Part shown: positions 1 to 11,337 of the stretch, piece by piece
Layout: each line of letters opens with the position of its first letter
Numbering within the stretch: the stretch's first letter is position 1
Source: an uncultured Acidobacteriota bacterium
Lineage (GTDB): Bacteria > Acidobacteriota > Vicinamibacteria > Fen-336
Assembly: GCA_963720545.1 (NCBI GenBank)
Contig: OY970399.1
Coordinates: 1,376,001 to 1,440,000 of the forward strand
Reading direction: 5' to 3'
Length of the DNA stretch: 64,000 nt
The notes under the pieces: generated by a model
Told to the model about the DNA's origin: nothing
The model's database searches: none
The model's input: only the letters and a program-made list of their open reading frames with translations
Made by a program: the position numbers and the translations under genes

Positions 1-7
1 TTCGTAC

Positions 8-811
8 GTGGTGTCGGCGAACGTCGTGGTCTTCGACTCGGCCGGCCGCTTCATCAAGGGGCTGACGCCGCAGGACGTCGAGGTGCTCGAGGACGGCGTG
101 CCGCAGGACGTGACCTTCTTTCGCGAGGCGTCCGACCGCAGCGGCGAGCGCATCCCCCTGTCGGTGGTGCTGGCGCTCGACACCAGCGGCAGCATGAAGC
201 GCAACCTGCACTTCCTGCAGGAGGCGGCGACCACCTTCGTCAACAAGCTCGAGGACGTGGACACCGTCATGCTCGTGCAGTTCAGCGACAGCGTGAAGGG
301 CAGCGCCTCCTTCACCGACGACCTCGACCGGCTCGACCGTTTCATCGAGGGGCTGCAGGCCTGGGGCGGGACTGCGCTCTACGATGCGGTGCATTACGCG
401 CTCACCCGGGTCTCCGACCAGCCCGGGCGCAAGGCGGTGGTGGTGTTCTCCGATGGCGCCGACCACGACAGCTCGATGAGCAGCCAGGACGTCATCGCCA
501 TGGCGCAAGGCGTCGAGGCCACGGTCTATTCGGTCGCGATCGAAGGCGAGAGCGGCTCCAAGGGCTTCCTGCAAAACGTCGCGAAGGACACCGGCGGCCA
601 GTATTTCTCGCCCGACAAGGTCGGCGAGTTGAGCGCCGTGTTCTCGGCGATCGCGAACGAGCTGCACAACCACTACGCGCTCGGCTACACGCCGAGGCAC
701 GACCCGGACGGCAAGTTCCACACGCTCGCGGTGCGCATCAAGACCCGCCCGGAGCTGCAGGTGCGCACCCGCAAGGGTTACGTCGCGCGCAAACCCCGCC
801 GCGCGCGCTGA
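8..811 (+). CDS. VWA-domain protein (Acidobacterial VWFA-related), probably 5'-truncated by the window edge
   Basis: MIDAS-like DTSGS, GGTALYD and VFSDG motifs; C-terminal YALGYTP...VRTRKGY typical of this family; frame is open to the window start. Confidence 0.85.
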   Translation: MVSANVVVFDSAGRFIKGLTPQDVEVLEDGVPQDVTFFREASDRSGERIPLSVVLALDTSGSMKRNLHFLQEAATTFVNKLEDVDTVMLVQFSDSVKGSASFTDDLDRLDRFIEGLQAWGGTALYDAVHYALTRVSDQPGRKAVVVFSDGADHDSSMSSQDVIAMAQGVEATVYSVAIEGESGSKGFLQNVAKDTGGQYFSPDKVGELSAVFSAIANELHNHYALGYTPRHDPDGKFHTLAVRIKTRPELQVRTRKGYVARKPRRAR

Positions 812-842
812 CGTCGGGGTTAGAATTCCCCAGCGAAACACC

Positions 843-2495
843 ATGCTCGAACTGAGCGTCCAGGGACCCGGCGGATCGCACCAGCGCATACCCCTGCAGC
901 CGCGCCTCACCATCGGCCGCTCGCGCGAGAACGACCTGTTCCTGCCCGACCAGTGGCTCTCGCGCCATCACGCGGAGATCCGCAGCAGCTCGAGCGGCTT
1001 CCTCATCGTCGACCTCGGCAGCAAGAACGGCACGCTGCTGAACGGCCGCCCGGTGCGCGGCGAGGCCACGCTGCGCACCGGCGACATGATCGTGCTGGGC
1101 GAGCACACCCTCAGCCTGATCGAGGCCCAGACCTCGGCAACCCTCGTGGACGGCGACGATTCCGAACCGCTCGGCACGCAGATCTTCTCGGCCAAGGACC
1201 TGTCCGCCGCGGCCACGCTGCCGACCAACGACCTCGAGGAGCTGGCCCGCCAGAACCGGGTGCTGACCATCCTCAGCCGCGCGTCGCGCGAGCTCATCGC
1301 CCACCGCCCGCTGAGCGAGCTGTTCGAGGTGATCCTGAACCTGCTGTTCGAGGCGGTGCCGGCCGAGCGCGGAGCCATCCTGCTGCTCGACCCGGTCACC
1401 CACGACCTGCAGATCGCCGCCTCGCGCAGCCGCCACGGCCAGCCGATCACCGCGATCTCGCGCTCGATCGCGCGCAAGACACTCGAGGGCGGCGCGCTGC
1501 TGCTGCCGAACGTGCTGGAAGACGCGGCGCTGCAGTCGCAGGACAGCATCCTGTCGCTCGGCATCCGCTCGGCGGTGTGCGTGCCGCTGTGGCTCACCTC
1601 GCCTGCCTCCGGCACGCAGGAAAACGTCATCGGCCTCGCCTACCTCGACACCCTCAAGGACTACCACTCGTTCACCGAGGACGACCTGCGCATCCTGACG
1701 ACGCTCGCGAACGTGGCGGCCTCGAAGATCGAGAATGCGCGCCTGCTCGAGGAGAACATGGAGAAGCGCGGGCTCGAGGAAGACCTGCGGGTCGCGGCGC
1801 AGATCCAGCGCAGCATGCTGCCGGCGAACTCCCCCGAGATCGCGGGCTACGAGCTGGTCGGCTCGCAGCGCACCTGCCGCACCATCGGCGGGGACTACTA
1901 CGACTTCGGCACCGACGAGCGCGGCGTGGTGGCGCTGGCGCTCGGCGACGTCTCCGGCAAGGGCACCGGTGCCGCGCTGATGATGACGGTGCTGCGCGCC
2001 TCGGTGCGCGGCGCCTGGATGAGCGGCGAGGTCGCGGACGCGGTCACGACCGTCAACAAGTTCATGAAGCAGAACGTGCCCGACGGCAAGTTCGTCACCT
2101 TCTTCCTGGCGCGACTCGATCCCAGGGAACACACGCTCACCTACACCAACGCCGGCCACAACCCGCCGATGGTGCTGCGCCAGGGCGGTGCGGTCGAGCG
2201 CCTCGAGGAGGGCGGGCCGGTGCTCGGGATTCTCGAAGGCGTGCCCTACGGCCAGGGCAAGATCTCGATCGGCCCGGGCGAGACGGTGGTGATCTATTCC
2301 GACGGGCTGTCCGAGGCGTGGAGCGAAACCGGCGAGGAGCTGGGCGACGACGGCCTGGCGCGCATCGCGACCGCCGCGGCGCACCTCGGCGCCGAGGACC
2401 TCGAGACCGAGCTGCTGCGCGGCATCGACGCGTTCTCCTCGGGAGCCAAGCCCACCGACGATCGCACCCTCATCATCCTCAAGCGCACGGCGTAG
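843..2495 (+). CDS. FHA-GAF-SpoIIE (PP2C-type) protein phosphatase
   Basis: FHA motifs IGRS, SRHHA, DLGSKNGT; central GAF (IRSAVCVPL); SpoIIE motifs GGDYYD, GDVSGKG, NAGHNPP, YSDGLSE, DDRT. Confidence 0.92.
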   Translation: MLELSVQGPGGSHQRIPLQPRLTIGRSRENDLFLPDQWLSRHHAEIRSSSSGFLIVDLGSKNGTLLNGRPVRGEATLRTGDMIVLGEHTLSLIEAQTSATLVDGDDSEPLGTQIFSAKDLSAAATLPTNDLEELARQNRVLTILSRASRELIAHRPLSELFEVILNLLFEAVPAERGAILLLDPVTHDLQIAASRSRHGQPITAISRSIARKTLEGGALLLPNVLEDAALQSQDSILSLGIRSAVCVPLWLTSPASGTQENVIGLAYLDTLKDYHSFTEDDLRILTTLANVAASKIENARLLEENMEKRGLEEDLRVAAQIQRSMLPANSPEIAGYELVGSQRTCRTIGGDYYDFGTDERGVVALALGDVSGKGTGAALMMTVLRASVRGAWMSGEVADAVTTVNKFMKQNVPDGKFVTFFLARLDPREHTLTYTNAGHNPPMVLRQGGAVERLEEGGPVLGILEGVPYGQGKISIGPGETVVIYSDGLSEAWSETGEELGDDGLARIATAAAHLGAEDLETELLRGIDAFSSGAKPTDDRTLIILKRTA

Positions 2496-2969
2496 ATGGC
2501 GCACTCCCGGCGGCTGGGGATGCGCGGGGTGTCGGGAGAGATCCTGGTGCTGCAGCGCGAAGTCACCGAGCTCTTCGAGCGGCTCAACGAATACGAGGCC
2601 GACGCGCCCGCCGGCGCCGCCTCGTTCCGCCCCGCGCTCGACATCTTCGAGTGCGAAGCGGCACTGATGGTGGTGATCGAGGTGCCCGGCTTCAACCCCG
2701 AGTCTCTCAAGGTCAGCCTCAGCCGCGACCTGCTGACGATCAGCGGCGAAAGGCGCAGCGCGCGCAAGTCGGGCATCGACGCGTTCGTCTGCATGGAGCG
2801 GCCGCACGGCCGCTTCCAGCGCAGCATCCGCCTCGACCGTCCGGTGGACATCGCCAGGGCGGAAGCGCGGCTGCGCCGCGGCCTGCTCACCATCCGCCTG
2901 CCGCGGCTCAACGACCGGCGCGGACGGGCGATCGCGATTCCCGTGGTGCGCGATGAGGAGGAGCAGTGA
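2496..2969 (+). CDS. Hsp20/alpha-crystallin small heat-shock protein
   Basis: RPALDIFE, EVPG, LTISGER, ERPHGRFQRSI, GLLTIRLP and C-terminal IPV; abuts the upstream stop and overlaps the lon start. Confidence 0.9.
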   Translation: MAHSRRLGMRGVSGEILVLQREVTELFERLNEYEADAPAGAASFRPALDIFECEAALMVVIEVPGFNPESLKVSLSRDLLTISGERRSARKSGIDAFVCMERPHGRFQRSIRLDRPVDIARAEARLRRGLLTIRLPRLNDRRGRAIAIPVVRDEEEQ

Positions 2970-5398
2970 GCGAGGAAGCGGCCCCGGACGACGAAGCCCC
3001 CAAGATCCCGCCGACGCTGCCGGTGCTGCCGCTGCGCGACATCGTCATCTTCCCGTTCATGATCGTGCCGCTCTACGTGAGCCGCGAGCGCTCGATCAAG
3101 GCCGTGGACCACGCGCTTGCCGAGAACCGCATGATCCTGCTGCTCGCGCAGCGCCAGCAGGACGACGAAGATCCCGGGGCAGACGGCCTGTACACGGTCG
3201 GCACGGTGGCGCTCATCATGCGCATGCTGAAGCTGCCCGACGGCCGCATTCGCGTCCTCGTGCAAGGCGTCGGCCGCGGCCGGGTCACCGGCTTCGAGGA
3301 CGGCCAGGCGTTCCTGCAGGCGCACATCGAGACGGTCAACGAGCCGGCGCTCGAAACCACCGACCAGCTGCCGGTGGAGGCGCTGATGCGCAACGTCAAG
3401 AGCGCCCTCGAGAAGTCGGCGAACCTCGGCAAGAACATCTCGTCGGAAGTGATCGTGATCGCGACCAACATGGACGAGCCGGGACGGCTCGCCGACCTCG
3501 CGGCCTCCAACCTCGACCTGAAGGTCGAGGGCGCGCAGGAGATCCTCGAGGCGACCGATCCCCTCGACCGGCTGAAGAAGGTCCACGAGCTCCTCACCAA
3601 GGAGCTCGAGGTGCTGGCGATGCAGCAGGAGATCTCGTCGCAGGCGAAGGGCGAGATCGACCGCAACCAGCGCGAGTTCTTCCTGCGCCAGCAGATGAAG
3701 GCGATCCAGTCCGAGCTGGGCGAAGGCAACGAGCTGGCCGAGGAAGTGGCGGCGCTGCGCGAGAAGGCCGGCAAGGCGAAGATGCCGAAGCCGGTCCTCG
3801 AGGAGCTGGAGCGGCAGCTGAAGAAGCTGGAGCGCATGCACCCCGACTCGGCCGAGACCGCCACCTTACGCAACTGGCTCGAGTGGATGGTGGGCCTGCC
3901 GTGGGGCAAGTCGACCAAGGACAACCTCGACCTGAAGGAAGCGCAGCGCATCCTCGACGAGGACCACTACGGCCTCGAGAAGGTGAAGGAGCGCATCATC
4001 GAGTACCTCGCGGTGCGCAAGCTCAAGGAGCGCACCAAGGGGCCGCTGCTGTGCTTCGTCGGGCCGCCGGGCGTCGGCAAGACCAGCCTCGGCCGCTCGA
4101 TCGCCCGCGCGCTGGGCCGCAAGTTCGTGCGCCTGTCCCTGGGCGGCGTCAAGGACGAGGCCGAAGTCCGCGGCCACCGCCGCACCTACGTGGGCGCGAT
4201 GCCGGGACGCATCGTCCAGGGCATCCAGCAGGCCGGCTCGAACAACCCGGTGTTCATGATGGACGAGGTGGACAAGATCGGCGCCGACTTCCGCGGCGAT
4301 CCGTCCTCGGCGCTCCTCGAAGTGCTGGACCCCGAGCAGAACAACACCTTCCGCGACCACTACCTGGGCGTGCCGTTCGACCTCTCGCAGGTGATGTTCG
4401 TGTGCACCGCCAACCTCATCGACACCATCCAGCCGGCGTTCCTCGACCGCATGGAGGTGATCCGCATCTCGGGCTACACCGAAGAGGAGAAACTGCAGAT
4501 CGCGAAGCGCCACGTGATCCCCAAGCAGCTCGAGGAGCACGGCCTGACCGCGGCGCATTTCGCGATCAGCGATGCGGCGCTGCGCCAGCTGATCCAGCTG
4601 TACACGCGCGAAGCCGGGCTGCGCAACCTCGAGCGCGAGGTGGCGGCCATCATCCGTAAGGTCGCGCGACGCGTCGCCGAGGGCGAGAAGGGCAAGAAGC
4701 GCATCACCCCGCAGTCGCTGCACCGCTACCTGGGCGCGCCCAAGATCCTGCCGGAGGAGATCCTCAAGCACGACGCCGTCGGCATCGCCACCGGGCTCGC
4801 GTGGACCGCGACCGGCGGCGACATCCTGTTCGTCGAGGCGACCGCCTTCAAGGGCAAGGGGCGGCTGATGCTCACCGGGCAGCTCGGCGACGTGATGAAG
4901 GAGTCGGGCCAGGCGGCGCTGTCGTACGCGCGCAGCCATGCGCGCGCGCTCGGCATCCGCGACGAGTTGTTCGCGAGCCGCGACCTGCACATCCACGTCC
5001 CCGAAGGTGCCATCCCCAAGGACGGACCTTCGGCCGGCATCACCATGGCGACGGCGCTCATCTCGGTGCTCACCGGCCGGCCCATCAAGCGCTCGGTGGC
5101 GATGACCGGTGAGATCACGCTGCGCGGCAACATCCTGCCGATCGGCGGCCTGAAGGAGAAGATCCTCGCGGCGCGGCGGCTCGGCATCACGACCGTGCTG
5201 TGCCCGAAGCTCAACGAGAAGGAGCTCGAGGAGGTGCCCGCCGACGTCAAGCGCGGCATCGAGTTCCACCTGGTGGGCGACGTCAGCGAGGTGCTGAAGT
5301 GGGCGCTGGTGCCGCCGCTAGTGATGCGCGCCGACCCGCAGGCGCCGCCGCGGCGCCTGCCGAAGTCCCTGCCGCGCTCGCGGCCGGTCAACGCTTAG
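2966..5398 (+). CDS. lon: ATP-dependent Lon protease (endopeptidase La)
   Basis: N-domain LPVLPLRD, Walker A GPPGVGKT, HRRTYVGAMPG, MDEVDK, catalytic KDGPSAG and IGGLKEK; GTG start. Confidence 0.97.
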   Translation: MSEEAAPDDEAPKIPPTLPVLPLRDIVIFPFMIVPLYVSRERSIKAVDHALAENRMILLLAQRQQDDEDPGADGLYTVGTVALIMRMLKLPDGRIRVLVQGVGRGRVTGFEDGQAFLQAHIETVNEPALETTDQLPVEALMRNVKSALEKSANLGKNISSEVIVIATNMDEPGRLADLAASNLDLKVEGAQEILEATDPLDRLKKVHELLTKELEVLAMQQEISSQAKGEIDRNQREFFLRQQMKAIQSELGEGNELAEEVAALREKAGKAKMPKPVLEELERQLKKLERMHPDSAETATLRNWLEWMVGLPWGKSTKDNLDLKEAQRILDEDHYGLEKVKERIIEYLAVRKLKERTKGPLLCFVGPPGVGKTSLGRSIARALGRKFVRLSLGGVKDEAEVRGHRRTYVGAMPGRIVQGIQQAGSNNPVFMMDEVDKIGADFRGDPSSALLEVLDPEQNNTFRDHYLGVPFDLSQVMFVCTANLIDTIQPAFLDRMEVIRISGYTEEEKLQIAKRHVIPKQLEEHGLTAAHFAISDAALRQLIQLYTREAGLRNLEREVAAIIRKVARRVAEGEKGKKRITPQSLHRYLGAPKILPEEILKHDAVGIATGLAWTATGGDILFVEATAFKGKGRLMLTGQLGDVMKESGQAALSYARSHARALGIRDELFASRDLHIHVPEGAIPKDGPSAGITMATALISVLTGRPIKRSVAMTGEITLRGNILPIGGLKEKILAARRLGITTVLCPKLNEKELEEVPADVKRGIEFHLVGDVSEVLKWALVPPLVMRADPQAPPRRLPKSLPRSRPVNA

Positions 5399-6861
5399 TA
5401 GCTCGCGGGCTGCGCGCCCTTCCAGCGCTCGTAGACGGGCGTCACCTCGACGCCGGTCGCCTCACGGCAGATGGCCCACAGCTCGGCGAGCGTGAATGGC
5501 CGCTGCGCCTTTGCGCTCCACGCGACCACGGCGCGCAGCGCGTCGCGCAGGCTGCGCGTGCCGCCGCTGCGCGCGCGGATCAGCGCGTCCATCTCCACCG
5601 CCATCAGCCCGCCGCGCGCAAACACGTTCATGCCGAGGCGGAAGTCGGCCGAGTAGCGGGATGAGGCGATGCGCGACAGCTCGTCGAGCGCAAGGCGCGC
5701 GATCGGCGCCGGTGTCGCAAGCAGCGTCTCGCGGAAGCGCACCGCCACCGCCCCGTCGCGGTAGTCGTCGCCGGTCGCCGGTGCCAGCGAGCGCGCGATG
5801 GCGTCGATCGCCGCGTACTGCGCGAAGCCTTCGCTGAACCAGATGGTGTCGATGAGCGGCGCCCACTCCCACTGGTGCGGAAAGTAACCGGCACCGTATG
5901 CGCGCTTGGGAATCCAGGCGTGCGCCATGTGGTGGGCGTAGAAAAGCCGGCGGCGGGTCTCGGTGATCGGGGCGCTTGCCGACGACTGCACCGAGGTCAT
6001 GCCCACGAGGTGCTCCATACCCATGTCGTAGGCGTGCAGGGGCGAGAGCGGCGCAATCCGCCATTCGCTGAGCGTGTAGTGGGCGAAAGGCGGGACGCCG
6101 CCGAACCAGGTGGCGACGGCGCGCAGCGCTTCGTCCGCAAGCCTGACGACGAGACGGTTGTCGCTCGCGGCCTCGGAGAACGTCGCGACATAGAGCGGCA
6201 CCGCGCTCGCCACTCTCGCGACGCGCAGGTCTGGCCCGGCCAGCACCTGCGAGTCGGCAAGCTCGTAGAAGTTGGCGGCGGCCGCGCGAGCCGGCAGCCG
6301 TGCTTCGAGGGTGGGTGCCAGTGTCAGGAACACCGGCCATTGCGGCGGCGCCTGCACCTCGAGTGCCACGGCTTCGTTCTCGCGCCCTTCGAAGAAGCCG
6401 AAGACGGAATAGCCCAGGAGGCCGATGAAGTGCGGGCGCGCGATCGAGACGTCGGACGCCTGCAGGTTCTCGCGCTCGAGGGCCGCGAGGTCCACCGTGT
6501 ACTCGAGCGCTATCGCGCGCGCGGCATCTCCGCCCTCGGATGCGGCGTCCTTGCCGAAGGCGAAGCGCGGTGCCGGGGGGCCCATCGCGGCGTCGCGGCG
6601 CATGGCGATGATCCCGCCGTGCGCGTCGCGGCCGCGCATGCCGTCGTAATAGCGGTCGTAGGGCGCTTCGCCGTAGCCCATCGGCACCGAGCGCGGCACC
6701 ACGAAACGCGCTCCTCGCGGCAGCGTGCCGCTCCACTCGATGCGCACCGCGATGGTCGGCGAGCCGTCGAGGGTGACGCGGTAGCGCAGCGTCGGCTCGG
6801 CAGCCGCTGTCGCGCCCGCCGTCAGCACCAAGCTCGTGCAGAGAGCCGCGCCGAACCTCAT
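5395..6861 (-). CDS. Secreted M61 (glycyl aminopeptidase-like) metallopeptidase homologue with variant HHxxH motif and no PDZ domain
   Basis: Start MRFGAALC at 6861 with a signal peptide; ELADS, GMEH, AHHMAHAWIPKR, WFSEGFAQY resemble M61 motifs. Confidence 0.75.
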   Translation of the reverse strand: MRFGAALCTSLVLTAGATAAAEPTLRYRVTLDGSPTIAVRIEWSGTLPRGARFVVPRSVPMGYGEAPYDRYYDGMRGRDAHGGIIAMRRDAAMGPPAPRFAFGKDAASEGGDAARAIALEYTVDLAALERENLQASDVSIARPHFIGLLGYSVFGFFEGRENEAVALEVQAPPQWPVFLTLAPTLEARLPARAAAANFYELADSQVLAGPDLRVARVASAVPLYVATFSEAASDNRLVVRLADEALRAVATWFGGVPPFAHYTLSEWRIAPLSPLHAYDMGMEHLVGMTSVQSSASAPITETRRRLFYAHHMAHAWIPKRAYGAGYFPHQWEWAPLIDTIWFSEGFAQYAAIDAIARSLAPATGDDYRDGAVAVRFRETLLATPAPIARLALDELSRIASSRYSADFRLGMNVFARGGLMAVEMDALIRARSGGTRSLRDALRAVVAWSAKAQRPFTLAELWAICREATGVEVTPVYERWKGAQPASY

Positions 6862-7394
6862 CGCACCCTCGCCTTTTTCGCCGCAAGCCGCGAGAGTTCC
6901 GCCTGCGCGGAGTCCGCGTCGCGCCGCACCTTGGTGAGCGCGGCCGAGGTTTCGAGGCTGAGGCCCGCCATGCCGACGAGATCGGTGAGCACGCGCAGCG
7001 GCGCGCCGGCGAATCCCCAGGTGGCCGCCTTGCCGAGCACCACCAACCCGCGCGGTCCGCCCGCCGAGCCGAGCGGCAGGGCCAGGATCGAGCCGATGGC
7101 GCGCGCCAGCAGTTGGTCGCGGCCGCGGTCGAAACCGGCGATGCCCGAGACGTCGTCGATGCGGTGCGGTTCCCGGGTGTCCACCAGGTGCAGCAGCAGG
7201 TCGTCGGGCAACAGCGGCTCGCCGTCTTCCGACAGCGCCCAGCGATCGAAGCCGAAGACCCGCGGCAGCACCAGCTCGGCCGCATCGCACGGCACCAGTT
7301 CCCGCAAGTGGCGGGCCAGCGCCGCGATGACGCGGTCGCCACCGTCCCACGTGACCGCTGCGGCAACGTCGAGGAGTCGCGCTGGCAGGTCCAC
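6858..7394 (-). CDS. Stand-alone GAF-like domain protein with C-terminal coiled coil
   Basis: IGSILALPL...GLVVLG GAF-like core; stop overlaps the M61 ATG (ATGA); TAGAAT 11 nt upstream of the GTG. Confidence 0.65.
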   Translation of the reverse strand: MDLPARLLDVAAAVTWDGGDRVIAALARHLRELVPCDAAELVLPRVFGFDRWALSEDGEPLLPDDLLLHLVDTREPHRIDDVSGIAGFDRGRDQLLARAIGSILALPLGSAGGPRGLVVLGKAATWGFAGAPLRVLTDLVGMAGLSLETSAALTKVRRDADSAQAELSRLAAKKARVR

Positions 7395-7436
7395 GGTCGT
7401 TCTGGATTCTAACGTCGTGGGTTAGCCTGACCCTTC

Positions 7437-8243
7437 ATGAACGTCCTCGTCATCGGCGACATCGTCGGCAATCCGGGCCGTACCATACTCAAGAAGGCGC
7501 TGCCGATCGTCCTGAAGGAGCACGCGGTCGATTTCTGCATCGCCAACGTGGAAAACGCCGCCGGTGGCTTCGGCGTCACCAAGGAAGTCTGCGACGAGAT
7601 CCTCGACCAGGGCGTCGACTGCATGACCTCGGGCAATCACATCTGGGACAAGCGCGAGATCCTGCCGTTCATCGACCTCATCCCGCAGCTGCTGCGCCCG
7701 CTCAACTATCCGCCGCGGCAGCCAGGCAAGGGCGTCTACGTCGGGCGCTCGCGCAGCGGCGTCGCGGTTGCGACCATCAACGTCAGCGGCCGGGTGTTCA
7801 TGAACGGCGCGATGGACGACCCGTTCACCAAGGCGCGGGAGGCGATCGACGCGCTCGGCAATCGCAATGAGGCGAAGGTCATCATCGTGGACGTCCACGC
7901 AGAGGCCAGCTCCGAGAAGACGGCGCTCGCCAACTACCTCGACGGCAGCGCGTCGCTGGTCTTCGGCACCCACACCCACGTGCCCACGGCCGACGAGCGC
8001 ATCCTCCCCGGCGGCACCGCGTACATCACCGACCTCGGCATGACCGGCCCATACGACTCGGTCATCGGCGTCGAGAAGGAAGTGGTCATCCAGCGCTTCC
8101 TGACCGCGATGCCGGCGCGTTTCGAGACCGCCAAGGGCGACCCGCGCTTCGCCGCCGCGGTCTGCGACATCGACGAAAAGACCGGCCGGGCACGCGGCAT
8201 CAAGCGCCTGCTGCTCGGCGAAAAGGACCTGTCCGGAAAGTAG
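7437..8243 (+). CDS. ymdB: YmdB-like metallophosphoesterase (2',3'-cNMP phosphodiesterase family)
   Basis: GDIVG, NVENAAGG, TSGNHIWD, DVHAEASSEK, GTHTHVPTAD, DLGMTG. Confidence 0.93.
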   Translation: MNVLVIGDIVGNPGRTILKKALPIVLKEHAVDFCIANVENAAGGFGVTKEVCDEILDQGVDCMTSGNHIWDKREILPFIDLIPQLLRPLNYPPRQPGKGVYVGRSRSGVAVATINVSGRVFMNGAMDDPFTKAREAIDALGNRNEAKVIIVDVHAEASSEKTALANYLDGSASLVFGTHTHVPTADERILPGGTAYITDLGMTGPYDSVIGVEKEVVIQRFLTAMPARFETAKGDPRFAAAVCDIDEKTGRARGIKRLLLGEKDLSGK

Positions 8244-8281
8244 ACAGGCTGCTGCCCGCGGCAGCTATACTGCTTGGCCAG

Positions 8282-9637
<1,356 letters not shown>

Positions 9638-9640
9638 GCG

Positions 9641-11056
9641 ATGGCGGAACAGCGCGGCTTCGAGTTCGATGAAAACGCGGCGAGGCGGCAGCCAGCCGCT
9701 GCGCCGCCGAAACCGGTGCGCACGCGCCGCGCGCTCAAGGTCTGGGAGCTGACCGAAGCCATTCAGGGAGTGCTCGAAACCGATTTCTTCGACGTCTGGG
9801 TCGAAGGCGAGATCTCGAACCTCAAGCTGGCGTCGTCCGGCCACTGGTATTTCTCGCTGAAGGACAACCGCGCCTCGATCCGCGCCGTCGTCTGGAAGAC
9901 CGCCACCCAGCTCATTCGCTTCCGCCCGAAAGACGGCCTGTCGGTGGTGGCGCGCGGTTCGGTGCGCGTCTATGCGGTGCGCGGCGAATACCAGATCTCG
10001 ATCGAGGTGCTGGAGCCGCTCGGCAAAGGCTCGCTGCAGCAGGCCTTCGAGGACCTGAAGGAGCGCCTCGCGAAGGAGGGGCTCTTCGATGCGGCGCGCA
10101 AACGGCCTCTGCCGATGCTGCCCCGCTGCCTCGGCATCATCAGCTCGCCCACCGGTGCCGTCATCTCCGACATCCTGCGCGTGCTGCGCACCCGTTACCG
10201 CAACGTGTCCGTGCAGGTCTATCCCGCGCGCGTGCAGGGGCCCGAGGCGGCCGGCGAGATCGTCGCCGGCATCCGCGCCCTCAATCGCCTCGGCGGGCTC
10301 GACGTCATCATCCTGGCGCGCGGCGGCGGCAGCCTCGAGGACCTGTGGCCCTTCAACAACGAGGGCGTGGCGCGCGCGCTCGCGAACTCGAGGATCCCGA
10401 CCATCTCGGCGGTGGGCCACGAGACCGACGTCACCATCGCCGACTTCGTCGCCGACGTCCGCGCCGCGACGCCAACGGCCGCGGCGCTCACCGTGGTCAA
10501 GGCCAAGGAAGACCTCGCGGCGCACGTGGTGGCGCTGCGCAACCGCGCGGCCGCGGGCCTGCGGCTGCGCCTCGAGCGCGTCTCGAGCCGGGTGCGGGCG
10601 CTCACCTCGCATCGCGTCTTCGAGGCCGAGCGCGGCCGGCTGCGTGCGAAGGCACAGCGCACCGACGAGCTGGTGGCGCGCGCCGCGATGCTCCTGGGCC
10701 GCCGGCGCCAGGTGGCGCGCACTGCCCTTGGCGGCGCTGCGCAGCGTCTCGAGCGGTTCCGCTTCGACCGGCAGGTGGCGCTGCGGCGCGACAGCACGAC
10801 AGCCCTCGACGCGCGCCTCGCGCGGGCAGCGGCGCGCACTCTCGAGGCGCGGCGCGGCAGCCTCGCGCGTCTCGCCGGCAAGCTCGAATCGCTTTCGCCG
10901 GTGGCGGTGCTGGCGCGCGGCTACGCGCTCGTCTGGACCGCGGACGGCACCCGGCTGGTGCGGCGCGCGACGGACGTCGCGGCCGGGGACAGGATCAGGA
11001 TCCGCCTGCACGAGGGCACGCTCGACGCCTCGGTGCTGGCCAAGGAGAACGAATGA
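9641..11056 (+). CDS. xseA: Exodeoxyribonuclease VII large subunit
   Basis: VEGEISN, GHWYFSLKD, ARGGGSLEDLWPFN, SAVGHETD, RAATPTAAA, VLARGYA. Confidence 0.96.
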   Translation: MAEQRGFEFDENAARRQPAAAPPKPVRTRRALKVWELTEAIQGVLETDFFDVWVEGEISNLKLASSGHWYFSLKDNRASIRAVVWKTATQLIRFRPKDGLSVVARGSVRVYAVRGEYQISIEVLEPLGKGSLQQAFEDLKERLAKEGLFDAARKRPLPMLPRCLGIISSPTGAVISDILRVLRTRYRNVSVQVYPARVQGPEAAGEIVAGIRALNRLGGLDVIILARGGGSLEDLWPFNNEGVARALANSRIPTISAVGHETDVTIADFVADVRAATPTAAALTVVKAKEDLAAHVVALRNRAAAGLRLRLERVSSRVRALTSHRVFEAERGRLRAKAQRTDELVARAAMLLGRRRQVARTALGGAAQRLERFRFDRQVALRRDSTTALDARLARAAARTLEARRGSLARLAGKLESLSPVAVLARGYALVWTADGTRLVRRATDVAAGDRIRIRLHEGTLDASVLAKENE

Positions 11057-11337
11057 CCGCAGAAACCCCGCTCAAGTTCGAAGGCGCCCTGGCCGAGCTC
11101 GAACAGATCGTCCAGCGACTCGAGCGCGGCGAGCTGGCCCTCGAGGAATCGCTGGCGCTCTACGAGCGTGGCGTGGCGCTGTCGCGCCTCTGCCACGAGA
11201 AGCTCGAGGAAGCCGAGGGCCGAATCGAATTGCTGCTGAAGGACGGCCGCGGCGACGTCGTCCTCGGCGCCGACGGCAAGCCGAAGACGGCGCCGCTGCC
11301 CGCGGACCCCGCCGACGATGACGACAAGTCCCGCTGA
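11053..11337 (+). CDS. xseB: Exodeoxyribonuclease VII small subunit
   Basis: MTAETPLKFEGALAELEQIVQRLERGELALEESLALYERG; ATG overlaps the xseA stop. Confidence 0.95.
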   Translation: MTAETPLKFEGALAELEQIVQRLERGELALEESLALYERGVALSRLCHEKLEEAEGRIELLLKDGRGDVVLGADGKPKTAPLPADPADDDDKSR

